Source of the DNA: the human T2T-CHM13v2.0 reference genome, Homo sapiens
NCBI RefSeq assembly: GCF_009914755.1
Contig: NC_060928.1
Direction: 5' to 3' (one strand)
DNA length: 64,000 bases
The translations under genes were made by a program, and so were the position numbers. The notes beneath the pieces were generated by a model that made no database searches, had not been told where the DNA came from, and saw only the letters and a list, made by a program, of their open reading frames with translations. This document shows, piece by piece, positions 28,630-42,273 of this stretch. The first letter of the stretch is position 1. Every line of letters begins with the position of its first letter.

Positions 28630-28780
28630 AACAAACCTTAAGAGACAACTACAGTTATTTATACCATTTTACAGAGAAATAACTTATGTTTCAAGGAGCT
28701 TAAATAAATTGTCCTTCGTAAAAAAGCTGAAAAGCTTGAAAAGTGAGGCCTGCATATCTATTTGACTCTTGAGAGCTACC
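28630..28780 (-). mobile_element. MIR
   Basis: ccattttacagagaaataacttatgtttcaaggagcttaaataaattgtcc core. Confidence 0.55.
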
Positions 28781-30877
28781 TCAGTTAAATTCAGTTTTTT
28801 CCTTGTCTACATTTCTGCACAAAATTCATTTTCACTTGATTAGATGCTAAATATTGTCTTAATGGAGACTAATCATTATTCCTTATTTTGAAGATTTCTG
28901 TATTTTATACTCTTTCATTCTTTGAACTTAAAGGTACTTTAGAGTCTTTGCCAGGACTTCTAATCCTTATCATTTGTAGTTTTTGCATTTCTCAATGTAG
29001 TCTCTTTTTTTGCCATGGAAGATGGTATGCATCAATAGTGTTGAAGGGATTACAGACTCTTTTATTTATTTAATGTCATGCTTTACGAGGAATAGATAAT
29101 AGAGTTTAGGACATAAATTCACACAGTATGCTGGAGAAATAATAATCTTATGTGTTTCAAAGCATAAATCCTCCAAGATGATTGAGGCATGAAATGTGTG
29201 ACCAAAGAGAGAAAAAGTTTTTTGTTTTTGGGTTTGCAGCATTTCTTCTCTTGATTTGCAAAATAAATAAATAAATATGTATAAACATACGTGAATGAAT
29301 GAAAAAAAAATGGAACAACCAATCCAGGAAACATGGCAAAACCACTCATGTTTACTCAATCATTCATTCAATGAATATTTTCTAAGCTTCAATATATAAA
29401 TGACAATAGTGTGAATGTTGTAGAATATTTCAGGTATTGGTGTTGTATACAACTCACTTAAAACATTATAAATATGAATTGTAGAACAGATTCATAAATT
29501 ATTACACAAGAACTAAAATACATTCATATGTATAATATGAGGGATGTAAGGTTTACTTCTACCCACAAGAGAAACATTACTGTAGCCAGAGCAGATAGCC
29601 ATTAAGATCTACCAAAATTTGGAGCATTCTTCAATAGCACAGAGTCATTTAAAGTACAGAAAAAAAAAGATCATTTTTGAAAAAGTAAAGCAGAGTATAA
29701 AATCACATTACGTATTACTTCTAAATAACTTTTTTCTCCCAATATTCTATTTTACTTTCTAAAGGATGCATTTTAGAATTGATAACACCTAAAATGACTA
29801 AAGAAATATTACATGTGTGCTGATAATAGTGAAACAAAAACCTTTGAATTTACCAATTTATTCATGTGTGATCTGTAATTTTGAGATGATTTACATAATT
29901 ACAATAAAAATAAAACAACTGTGCTCATAATTACTTCAGAAGGTATAGGCCCTTTAGTGAAAAAAAAAGATGAATATGCATTGTTAATATAATTTCTCTT
30001 TATCTTCCTAAGGCATTTCAGGTATTGTTTAAATATAGAAAAAAATACCGTAGTTTCAAGAAATAAATGGAGTAAAATGTTTGTATCTTTATTGGAGTTA
30101 TTAAAAATTATTACATAATTAAACTTGTAGAATGTGTCTACATGAGATACTGATTCAAATATTTTATTCAGGATATTCTGTGTAGTAATAAACATATTCA
30201 GCCAAAATTTGTGTCAATGATTTTTCTAAATTCAACAAATTCTAATTTTCTCATTACCTTACAAAGCAGCACACTGTCAATGCTTTTTTATGTAGCTAAT
30301 TAATTCCCACCAACTGCTTAGCAAGTAGAAGTTTCTAAAGCAAGGAAAAGTGGTAGTCAAATCGATGTTAATACATTAACACAATTTCAAATGCATTCTA
30401 CATGTTCCATTAACCATTACTCATCCAGTACTTCTTCCATTTGAAAATACTTTCACTTTTCATTTTATCACAAAAAATTTCTTCTTTCAAACAGTATTAT
30501 GCTACTTCTTGTAATTTCCTCTGAGGATCATCATCAAAGGGAAATATAAGAAATACAACAGGTGTTGGAACCACAAACACATTAAGCATTTAGACCACTT
30601 AAGGAACACTGAGCAGATACATCATTAAACATAGTAACATCTATGTTCATGGTAAAGCAAGAAATATGAAAAGTAATGCTGGTTATACATGTGATTCTTT
30701 TTTTTTCAAGAACAAATATGAAAGTGATCATAATTCTGTAACGTAATTGAATTTTTTAAAGTTCTTGTAATTTTAAATCAGCCTAGTTCCTCAATGATAC
30801 ATTTATCTTTTCCTCAGTAATAGATTTATTTAGAGGCAACTCTGAATATTTGAGAATGAGTGCTTCATAGTTTTGAA

Positions 30878-31030
30878 CATCCATTCATTTATTTATTCAT
30901 GATTTTTATTCACTCACTCATTCAATATTTACCTAATCGTTGAATAGAATACATTATTCTAGATATTTGGTATAAATAGGTGAAAAAAAATAAGACATGA
31001 CCTCTGAAATCAAATTAGTCCATTATAGTA
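30878..31030 (-). mobile_element. L2 3' end
   Basis: (cattcatt)-type tail followed by aaataagacatgacctctg. Confidence 0.55.
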
Positions 31031-32275
31031 AAAAATACTGCATAGAAAAGTTACAAAAATGGACATTACTCCCAATTTTTTGTTAATGCTTTATAGTATG
31101 GTCCTGAATTAATTCAACAATTGAATATTTTTAATTTTCGTTTTTAATAGCTTATAGCATATAATATTTGGGATGCCAGATGTCAATATTTTAGCAATAT
31201 TTACAATAGTTTACAATATTTACAATAATTTAGCAATATTGGCAATAATTACTTTGAATAGAAAATTTGCTTCTCACCAGCAATTGTGTAAGTAATAGAT
31301 TACAATTTGCTTTCTGTAAAAAAAAAGGCAAAATTAAACAAAAAAATCACTAGTGTAGTTTTCAATGATACTGTCATTTGTATTTGAATAAAGGATGGGA
31401 CAACTTTCCATTTCTTTTTCCAGAAATGACAGTAATAGTGAAAGGAGGAAGAGTAAATATTCTCAAATTTACCCCCCAATCTTTTGATGTGTAATTGTTT
31501 GAATGTTTTGACCCATAGAAGAAGAATTCTTGATGTGCTTTGAAGGATTTTACAATTTTATATGGATTAGTGGTAGGGGAATAAAAGAGAATTGGTCAGC
31601 TTTCATAAAGCAGTTTATATGAAGAAGTAGATGAGTGAAGTGAATGTAAAGCTAAGCAGATGAATGTCACGGATTTGTTCTGAGAAATGTGGCGTTGGGC
31701 AATTTTGTCCTTGTGCAAACATCATAGAGTGTAGTTTTACAAACCCAGATGGTAGACCCTACTATACCCCTAGACTATACAGTATAGCCTAGTGCTCCTA
31801 GACTAAAAACCTGGATAGCATGTTACTGTACTGAATAATGTAGGCAACTGGAACACAATGATATGTATTCGTGTATCTAAACATATCTGAACATAGAAAA
31901 GGCATAGTAAAAATATGCTATAAAAGATAAAAAAAAATGGTACACCTGTATAGGGCACTTACCATGAATGGAGCTTGCAAGATTGGAAGTTTCTCTGGGT
32001 GAGTCAGTGAGGGAGTTGTGAGTGAGTATGAAGGTCTAAGACATTACTATATACAACTGTAAACTTTATGAACACTGTACACTTAGGCTATACTAAATAA
32101 ACAAATATATTTTTAAATAAGATAACCTTAGCTTACTGTAATTTATATTTTATAAACTTTAAAAAATTTTTTGACTCTTGTAAAAAGTTTAAGACACAAA
32201 GATATTGTATAGCTGTACAAAAGTATTTCTTTCTTTATATATTAATTGTATAAGCTTTTTTTCTTTTAAAAATTA

Positions 32276-32535
32276 GGCCGGATGTAGTGGCTCATGCCTG
32301 TAATCCCAGCACTTTGGGAGGCTGAGGCAGGCGGATCACAAGGTCTAGAGTTCCAGACCTGCCTGGCCAAAAATTAGCTGGGTGTGGTAGTACGCGCCTG
32401 TAATTCCAGCTGCTTACGAGGCTGAGGCGGGAGAATCGCTTGAACCCGGGAGGCGGAGGTTGCCGTGAGCCGAGATTGCGCCACTGCACTCTGGCCTGGG
32501 CGACAGAGCAAGACTCCGTTTAAAAAAAAAAAAAA
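32276..32535 (+). mobile_element. AluS (Sg-like) with ~33-bp internal deletion
   Basis: CCTGGCCAA joined directly to AAATTAGC at 32370/32371; A-tail present. Confidence 0.9.
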
Positions 32536-32846
32536 TTATTGTTTTTTAACTTCTTAAACTTTTTGTTAAAAACTATGACATAATCATACACATTAGCCTA
32601 GGCCTACACAAGGTCAAGATCATCAATCTTCCATCTTCACATGTCCTACTGGAAGGTCTTCAGGGTTAATAGCACACATGGAGCTGTCTTCAGCTCCATC
32701 CTAAGGTAACAATGTCTTCTTCCAGAATACCTCCTGAAAGACTTACGTGAGGGTGTTTTACAGTTAACTGCTTTTTTTCGATAAGTACAAGGTATACATT
32801 CTAAAATAGTAATAAATAAGTATATTATAGTAAAATACATACACCA

Positions 32847-33198
32847 TGTATTAGTTCGTTTTCACGCTGCTGATAAAGACATACCTGAAACTGGGAACAA
32901 ATAAAGGTTTAACTGGACTTACAGTTCCACATCGCTGTGGAGGTCTCAGAATCATGGCGGGAGGCGTATGGCTCTTCTTACATTGCGGCAGCAAGAGAAA
33001 ATGAGGAAGAACCGAAAGCGGAAACCCCTGATAAACCCATCAGATCTCATGAGACTTATTCACTATCGCGAGAATAGCAGGGGAAGGACCGGCCAGTGAT
33101 TTAATTACCTCCCTCTGGCTCCCTCCCACAATACGTGGGAATTCTGGGAGATACAATTCAAGTTGAGATTTCGGTGGGGACACATCTAAACCATATCA
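32847..33198 (-). mobile_element. THE1A solo LTR
   Basis: TGTATTAGT...CCATATCA termini; GCAAGAGAAAATGAGGAAGAA..AAAGCGGAAACCCCTGATAAACCCATCAG. TSD CACCA/CACCG. Confidence 0.92.
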
Positions 33199-34709
33199 CA
33201 CCGGTAACATGGTTATTTATTATCATTATCAAGTATTATGTCCTGTATATAATTGCATGTGCTATACTGTCATGCAACTGACGGGTCAGTAGGTTTGTTT
33301 ATACTAACATCAGCACAGGCACGTGAGTAATGCATTGTGCTATGATGGCTAGGATGGCTACATCATCAGCAAATAAAAGGAATTTTCAGCTCTGTTATAA
33401 CCTAATGGGACCAGCATCATATATGCAATTCTTCATTGACAGAAATGTTGTTATGAGGTGCATGACTGTAGTTGGACTCCACAAATTGAAAAACATGATA
33501 TAAAGACCATAAAATCCATGAGAATGTGAATGAGTCAATGGCAGAGAGTAAGAGGTAATAATTGTTTAAATAATAAAGCAAATTATTTAAATTCAGTAAT
33601 TTTTAAGTATAGAAGTCCTATTGCTTAACTTAGAAAATTTTTAAGTAAAAATTATGAAGATAAAGAAAAAAAATTAGCAATTATCCTATCCCTGTAATGT
33701 AATCTCCATTAACATTTAGGGGTTTGTTCCTCCATGGATATTTCTATTTAGCACAGAATAAGTAATTTTTTCCTGTATTTTATAAAAGTGGCATCTATCT
33801 TTAGCTGCAGTTTGAGTTCAGATTATTTCACTTATTTTTCTCCAACAAGTTTTTTATAAGTGGCTTAACTTTGCTGTAACCATCCCTTATAATCTTTCTT
33901 ATTGGAAGGAAATACTACAAAGCTTTGTGATTGTTGCAAGTTTGGGTATAATTGCAGTTATGAGAGCAAATCTTAATGTAAAAAAAGAAACTTCATTTTT
34001 ATATTTAAATATTAACCCAGTGGGTTATGATCTGAGTTACTTCAAGTTTCTTGGTGTTACAACCTAACTACCTAATTTGTTTTTCAGATTTATGATGCTT
34101 TTTGAGTAACTATTGATAGCCTCCAAGAGTTAAAGATAGCTAGTGGCTGGATATTTTCTCTTCAAAAACTTTACTATCATGAGCTGTGCTATAACAAAAC
34201 CCAAGTCACAGATTATATTCTGACATATTTGTTAGCAAGCAAACATGTGTGCACTCCATACACGTGTGTGGACACAGCTGTGCAATCTTTTCTGCAATCC
34301 TGACGAAGTCTCTCATTTCTGACTTTTTTAGACAATCAGGTAAATTCTTGGTGTGGACAATTTTTTTCAGCATTCAATTATCATTTAAAAATTATCCTGT
34401 GACAAAATATTTTGCTATTTTGATCCAAGAGAATGCGGGGTTCTAAGCCTAAGACTCCATTCTGATGAGGGCTTCTGGTTTCACTAGACCTTTAACTTAT
34501 CAGAATTGAAGTTTCTGCAAGTATTTTTCCTTATCTGCATATTTTTACTACTGATCATTACCAACAAAAAATCATTTCTAACATTCATTATGTTAATTTA
34601 TAAGCCCCTTAATGTTGATTGGACATAAAAAGAGTTGTAGCATTTATTTCTGGAGGAAAGTTTTTAATTAGATCTTTTAATACTAAATCAGACCAGTATG
34701 GAGATGATC

Positions 34710-34762
34710 AATATCTATATCCATATCTATATCTATATCTATATCTCTCATCTACATCTACA
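34710..34762. repeat. (ATATCT)n-like simple repeat
   Basis: atatctatatccatatctatatctatatctatatct...tctacatctaca. Confidence 0.85.
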
Positions 34763-35039
34763 TTTTGTCAACACCTTTATTTATGCCTATACACATATGC
34801 ATTCTCTATATTAAAACATCTTAAATTGTAAATAATATAAAAACTGAGAGTTTATTTTTGGTACTTTAGGCTAATTGACATCTTCGTTCACAAAGTCCAT
34901 TGTGGACAATCAGAAATAAGGTGATGCTGTTCCTAAGATTGTCCAAGGATCTCCTGTTAACTTGAATTAAGGGAAATTCCACTCTACAGGATTTTCACAG
35001 AATACTAGCATCTTATGTCTCTGCCCTGAGATAAACCTC

Positions 35040-35432
35040 ACACAGTGTGCTCAGATACATGTTCAGAAGGACTTTTCTCCAGCTGTTGGATATTTTTGCA
35101 GTGAACAGCCCTCAACTCTTAGTCATTTCAAGAATTGTCTCAGTGAAGAAACACACCTTGGCCAATGTCATATTAACTTCCTATGGTGGCCACACTAAAT
35201 AAACATGGGGTATAAAAAGGTCTGGTCCTCTTTCCCCTACTAGGAATTACTTTGAAGGGCCTTTTTAGATCCAGAGGTCCCCAAGGAGCCTACATGGCTG
35301 TGCAATTTCTCTACCTGGAAAATCGTACCTCCTTCCCTCTTTTACAGATGTTGATTCTGTGCTCGATCTCCAAAATCTGACCTCCATGCCAATCTGTGTC
35401 AGATTTTACTTTTCAGAAAACCCAACGCTTTG
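35040..35432 (+). mobile_element. LTR16A-like solo LTR
   Basis: gcagtgaacagccctca..ggggtataaaaagg (TATA)..tttgaagggcc..ccagaggtcccc..ttttacagatgttgattct..tcagattttactttcagaaaacccaac. Confidence 0.7.
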
Positions 35433-38400
35433 TCATTACTCACCTGTCAATAAGAGCCATAATACACTTCAATTCATAGAGTTAAAACACTGCAGTACCA
35501 CTTATAGCATATTAATGTCTAGTTTCCCTGTAATGTTCTATGTCATTCTCTTGAGATCAACTCAAGCTCTCTGAAAGCTGGGGTAAAATTATTTTTTCAC
35601 AGCTCCTGATGCTTAAGGTAAGCATTTATGCTCTTTACATTGGCTATAGCTAAGAATGCATTTTCTTACTTAAGGCTCACATCCATATTATTATTTATAT
35701 TTCCTTTTTTATTTTATGTCTATTTTGGAGAAGTATAAAAAGTTTCAATAATTCTTTCAGGTCATTGAATTAAGTACATATCTGAGCTGGAATGAACACT
35801 ATGATATGCTGTGTAATCAAGGTAGAACTGGAATTTTAAAACTTATAACATATATAAAACACTCAAAAATTGATTATATGAACTACAAATTTCCCATGTG
35901 CTAAAAGCACAACTTCCTTGGAAGTATCAAAAGAGCCTACAGATCTTGAAGGATTTAAAAATGTTCTGCTTCAACATTAAAATATTATCTATGTGTCAAT
36001 CATTCTCTTTGATATATGCCATTCTTAACAGAATGGAAGTATTTAATATTTTCAATGCAAACAGTAAAATGTTTACAGCTAAAGATACAACTCTGTGTTA
36101 ATTAGACAAATAATTTGCAGTAAAATGGGTTTGCTTAATTTTTTGTTCTCATAGCAAAACGATTCTAGATTTTATGTCCCTTTCGGAGAGAATCTTAGTT
36201 GTTCTGTTTAATCTACCAAACAGAGCAACGCATTTTTATTGTGGAATATTCATGTTAATAATATATCAAAACCAAGATATGTACCTGGAAAGAACAAGTA
36301 AAACAGTACCTGCCCAATCAGAATTTGCCATAGAAGGAGAAATTGGAAGCTCATCTGGGGCCAAAGAGAAGAAAGTGATCTGAGAGAAACCTCAGGAAGA
36401 AGAGCCAAAATGGGCAAGGTGCCAGAGTAACTGCTAGTTTCCACTAAGACATACAGTTTTGCTTTTGTTTTTCCAGTGTAGAAAATTAAGATGTAAGGTC
36501 TGAGAAACTATGAAATCAACTAGCTTTGGCATTTTGAATTACAATAGAATGCAGCATAAAATACTCTAGAATAGTGAAAAACAAACAAACAAAATAAACC
36601 TCACACACATTAGAATGGAAAGTTTTGAGTTCCCAGAATAAATTATAAAACCAAAGAGGTATTTTAGTTTTGAGTAAAATACATCTTTATGTTTAAACAA
36701 TGGTAAAGTCAATTCATTCAAAATGTTGATGTGTGTATACACACACACACATTCACACCACACAAACATGTACACAATATGCCTACATAAATACATATTA
36801 AAGAAACTAGAGGTTTTCCAAAAGCATCCACTTTTCCCATGTGACATTTGAGTCAATTGAGACAGGGATGCAAAATCAGGTGAGAGGAGATGAAATTAAC
36901 ATTTTTATTAGAGGCGAATGTTAGATTGAAAGACATGGCACACATGTATGTCAAACAAAGTTGCAAATCTCTTAGTAAGTGATGGGGGGCAGAGCCGTGT
37001 AACTGTTTTGTACAGCGAGGCTTTATTAAAGAAAATGAGAAAAGAGCTGTTTGATCTGAGCATGGTCACTCTATTCACCCAATTACATTAATCACATAGC
37101 TCATATCTTATCTAGTGAAAACACAGAATAAAGGTCGATGACAGGGAAAGACTGATTCCAAAGTTACTTTGCATGGAACATGACAATTCCAGAATAAGTG
37201 TCCACTCGTGCATGTATCTACATGGATTTTTATAGATAGAAAATTCCTCCCAATGTTTTCAATGTTCTCTGTTTTGGTTCAGAATTTCTTATTGGCAGGG
37301 CTTAATGAGAGGGTAGTGGAAAAATATGTTGTATGTGTTATTTGCATATAAACCATCTAATATCTTAGCATTCCTTTTTTGTATTAATCATATGAATTCA
37401 TGGTATTCGTATGACATTACAAGCCACTATTCTCACCTATAAGTAGATTAAATGTTAAATAAATGTCAGTGGGCCATGTAATGGCCTTTGTTCATAACTG
37501 CAGATTTTAGTGTCAAGAAGAAGAGCAGTAGATTTTGCCTCATCTTTAGCAAGCAAACTTATTTTTTTGAATAAAGGAAATGGAAAAGATTCATAGTTTC
37601 AAACTATGATTAATTTAGCATCAACATATTTATTTATCTACAACGTATTCAATCAATAAATGTGTCTCAATTTATTAATTCTCTCCTGGATACCAGATAA
37701 TTCAGTAATTACTGAGAATACAAAAAAGGGATACAATATATATTACATAAATTAAGGAGATTGCAATATAATCTAGTGAATGCTTAGAGGAATGTTTATT
37801 TTCCTTCTGTGTTATTATAGGAATATAATCTAGCTCCTTCTATATAGTGGAGAGAGATTTGAAATGGGCATCATTGCAGTCTTTTCACCCCCTCACTCTT
37901 CCACATAATAGAAGTAGTGCTAATTGGAATAAGCAAAACCTAGAATGTTAACTGGGATATGGGTTTATTAGGAGATAGAGTCACACTAACTAGTAAGGTC
38001 ATTAACTCTTATGCCAGAAACTGTGTGCCAGTCAAGCAGTCAATACTCCAAGGAGCTGGATAGTAGCTCTGACTGAGTCTTCCATATGGATCGAATTCAC
38101 CCACTTCTTATGGTCTACATTTAGACTTGGAGTAGGAGGCTTTATCATTGGTCTTTTACCCCTTTTATTAAGAAGTACTGCAGGTTAGGGATTATTGCAT
38201 ACTTGCCTGTAATAAAGCCAATATTTTTGATGCTTATTGGTCTTTATCTTTTTTTCTCTTTATATTTTATTACTTTGAAGACAGCAATGTGTGATTTGTA
38301 TCAAACTAAAACATACTAGGGAACATACTGGAGAGGGTAAATGTAAATTAATAATTGTAAATATAAAAATTAATGTGTGTCTATTATTTTAAGTTAGGTT

Positions 38401-38499
38401 TTTTGCTGAAGAGTCTCAGGTTTGAGAATCAGAAGTACCTGGAAACGGTCATAGACTTTGGATGGCAGACAAAGTACTTTTGGTTATACAGATAATGGG

Positions 38500-38785
38500 A
38501 ATTAATGTTTGTACAGTACTTATTACAGAGCACCTCTATGTTAACTGCTTTACATAGAATATCTCATTTACTCCTCACAACCAAATGCACATAATAATGT
38601 TGGAAGCAACATCTTAATAAGTGTTTCAGATGCACTAGGACTATTCTAAGTAATATACATAAACTATCACATTTAGTTCCCCAAAGTGCTACGTGAGGTA
38701 AATACTGTTATAATCTCTATTTAACAAGTGGGACACTGAGGCATAGAAAATTAAGTAAATTGCCTAAGATTACACAGCTATTACT
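38500..38785 (-). mobile_element. MIR (two overlapping fragments)
   Basis: gctttacatagaatatctcatttactcctcacaacc; aagtgggacactgaggcatagaaaattaagtaaattgcctaagattacacagcta. Confidence 0.75.
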
Positions 38786-39847
38786 TCTAAGATGTTCTGA
38801 TGTCAGGGGATCTACGACAAAATATGATTTACAAACTCTCATGAGCATACAAATGTAGCACAATTGATAATCTTAGTTTTAAAATGACAAAGAGAAAGCC
38901 AGAGAAACATCAGAGAATGGAGGAAAACAGAAACTAACTTTGAAATCTTGGAGGCCAAACTATTCTTATGTGAAAGGAAAAAGAAATATACCCAGAATGA
39001 TATAGCTGGAACTAATGGCTTTCAAATGTGGAGCTAGGAAAGAGGATGATATTTTATTCATGACAAAATCAGTGAGGATTTCTAGGGCTCAGAGAACTCT
39101 TAACAGAGGAAAAAAAAGAAAATCTCAGAGTATACAAAAATGTTCCCCTAAAGGGAAACTATATCCAAAAAGTTATTGAGAGGCAGTTTCTCAAAGTTAA
39201 GATAGGAAGTCAATAACAAAGCAGGCAACTAGAGAAAATCTATTACATGACTAGAATCATTATATTTGCCACTTCTACCACATTTGAATGGATCTGTGAA
39301 GGGAAAACTGGGAATTCCAGTTAGAATATCTCAGAAAACAGTGATTATAAAAGTTATACGGTTAGTATAGATGAAAACTCGGATTTATAAAGAAACAAGA
39401 CATTTATATGTAGCAAGTGACTCTTCATAATAAGTGAGTCTCAAACTAAGTTAAAATTTGGGCTAGTGGAAGGATGTTCCCAGTACAGAAGTGTCCTACA
39501 AAGTCAGGTTAAAACATTAGAATTGGCTTCAGCAATAGACATTTTGTGCTGGCCTACAACTTTTTTATTTCCTGTTTTATATTACAGAAGAATTTACTAG
39601 GCTATTTTTGACATAGTGTGCTAATAATGACTATACTTTAAAAAACTTTTTCTCTTAAAGCAGAAAGAAAAAGCATCTTCATCTTAAAAGATTTGTATTG
39701 TCAATAACTATACAAACTGAGGAAGGTCTAAGGAAGAAAATAAGGTGGTTCTCAAAGATGAAGAATAAATCAAGTTAATCTGATAAAAATGTGTAGATAA
39801 CAGAGAACTGAAAGCTGTTGGACATAACTGTTTTGCACTTGGACAGG

Positions 39848-40278
39848 TATGAGTCAACTGTTGCCATAGTAATGTTGCATAACAAACCATTCCCAATCTC
39901 AGTGGTTTACAGCACAATCATTTATTCTTATGCAGGTCACCAGGGCAACTCTGGTTCAGTTGACCCAGGATTGGTTTGACTGGGTGACTCTTCTTCAGGT
40001 TGTGGATCAATTACCCCTGCATTAGGCTGTGATTAGTTTTAGTTTGGGTTCTAGATTGACGGGAATGTGCCTACCTCGGGCACATGCCTCTCAGAGCATA
40101 AAACCAGATCACAAGCCTATGTAAGAACTCTGCTTTAAAAACAAGTGTTAACATTTCATTAGCCAAAGCTGGTCAAATATTCAAAGTCAATATCAATGGT
40201 ACAGGGATATATATTCCACTTTCAGTGGGATACAGAAATAAATAAATATTTTCTAAGCAATAATTTAGACTATTATAA
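39848..40278 (-). mobile_element. MLT1 (I/J-like) MaLR LTR
   Basis: ttgccatagtaatgttgcataacaaacca..caatctcagtggtttacagca..catttattct; aacatttcattagccaaagc..gtcaa..aaagtcaatatcaatgg. Confidence 0.75.
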
Positions 40279-41249
40279 GACAATAAAAGGTTAAAAATGA
40301 TAAAATTTCAAGAATTCTAAGACCAAAATTCTTTCAGATTGAATAGATGTTCTGGATTAGAGAAACTTTACTCTCAGAAGACAGAGTTGATAGAACCATT
40401 ATGAAGCACATTAATCTGGCAAATGGAGTCACAGATAAAAACAATACAAAGCTCACTGATATATTTAGAAACAAATATGGTCAAAACGACTACGTCTTGT
40501 ATCTCTTAGATTCAGGAAATAAATCCCAGAGCCATGGAGAAAATCTGTATTTAAATAGATCTAATCATCTAGCTCAGTGGACTTTAAATTTCACCCAAGT
40601 GCTTTGGTTAGCCTAATGGAACTTACTCTACAGAGAATGAAACTGTTGAGTGAATGAGACAGTGGGTGCTACAGGAAATAAACAAGGATGTTAAAAGACA
40701 GTTCAAGTGAGAAATGAGGGTGGGGTGACATTGACTAGATTTCTGAGACCTTTAAATTAAAAGCTTCCGGCAGTCTGAAGAAATGAATTCTAAACATATA
40801 TTTACCTAATAGACAATACAAATAGAAATTGTAAGAGGTTAGGTGATGACAGTGTGAAATGCACGCATGACTATAGGAGAAAATGACAGAAGGAAGAGAG
40901 GATAGAAGTGGGGTTAAAAGGAGGAAAGGAGAAAGAAAAAGGAAGTAAGAAAGCCAGGAAAACTAATGGAAAATTTAGGTAAATCTAAAAATAAGTTAAA
41001 GGTAGAACTTCTTAGGTTTTTATGACTAAGTTGACAAAAAAGTACATAACCTAAAAACAGTAAGTGTGTGTATGTGTAGATATATACAGAAAGAGAGTAA
41101 ACGGCTAACCTCAGACTTCTTAAAATCTACTAAACTGAAAACAAGTATTTTCCTTTCTAAAACTGATCCAAAAATCAAGTAATTGTAAAGAAAATATTTA
41201 TAAATATGCTTACATTTAAAATAACTTTTATTCATTAAATGTGCATATA

Positions 41250-42105
41250 AAGAGTAGAAAGATAAAGAGGAAGAAAATAATATTTGTAATGTTTATATTT
41301 GTTTATAATACGGAAAAAAACCCTAATACCTAGAAAATATAAAGAACACCTATCTTTATGGAGAAAAAGCTAGACAATCAAAAAGGAAGCAAAATACTTG
41401 AGCAGGCAACCCATGTGCAGACATGTGCACACACACATTAAGGAAAATAAATATCTACATGAAAAGATATTCATTTCATTAGAAATAAGAAAAATACAAA
41501 TTAAACATCAAAAAGTAATATTTTACTCCCATCACAGTGGGGAAAAGGTAAAATCCTAAAAATGCCAAGTGCTGGCAAGCATACTGTGTACTAGGAAATT
41601 CCAAATATTGCTAGGAAAATTTTTGCAATAATTTTGGAAAATTATGTAATATTATTTAAGAAATTTAAAGATGAACATAGCATATAACTCAGCAATTCCA
41701 CTTCTGTGTATATGTCATAGACTTGTACTGTTCAGTAAAGTAGCCAGTAGCTGCATGTGACAATTTAAATTAAAATTTAGATAAAATCAAATTAAAAATT
41801 CAATTACTTAACTCAGTTACACTTACCACATTTTAAGCACTATGTAGTGACATATGGTTTGTGGCTACCCTTTTGGACTGCACAGATAAAATTATTTTAA
41901 ACATATGAACACTGAGACATTTACAAGAATAATCTTTGCAATATTGTTTATGACAACCATAAACTGGAAATAACTCAAAGGCTCAACAATTTTAAAATGT
42001 ATAAAATAGTTGTAGTATATCCATACAATTCCATACTCCAAATAAAATGAAAGAAAGTGCTACACATAACAGAGTGGATAAATATTTAATGAATACACTT
42101 GTTAA
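41250..42105 (+). mobile_element. Ancient L1ME ORF2-end fragment, interrupted by MER3
   Basis: catgaaaagatattca..tcattag..ataagaaaaatacaaattaaa; aatgccaagtgctggcaag; ataactcagcaattccacttct; aactggaaataactcaaa. Confidence 0.7.
41718..41892. mobile_element. MER3 (hAT-Charlie MITE)
   Basis: tgtactgttcagtaaagtagccagtagctgcatgtg...ccacattttaagcact..tagtgacatatgg..gtggctacc..ttggactgcacag. Confidence 0.75.
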
Positions 42106-42231
42106 AATTGCATTCATGTAAAGGTCAACCAAAACAGAAAACAAAACAAAACCAAAATTCTGTTATATGGATTGGCATGGAACACGTGAATGGGAAATTA
42201 TCTAAAAACTCAAGAAATGACACATCTAGAC

Positions 42232-42234
<3 letters not shown>

Positions 42235-42273
<39 letters not shown>

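Larger units (their letters stand above)
31670..33468 (-). mobile_element. Tigger3 (Tigger3b-like) DNA transposon interrupted by an Alu and a THE1A LTR
   Basis: gttctgagaaatgt..cgttgggcaatttt..tgtgcaaacatcatagagtgta at left with the TIR eroded. Intact right TIR ...gttatgaggtgcatgactg followed by TA at 33469-33470. Confidence 0.9.

Noticed and set aside
40347-40616. 89-aa ORF in A-rich sequence, and possible MLT-int remnants around 38800-40800
   Set aside because: No recognisable homology; similarity to MaLR internal sequence is too weak to call by eye.
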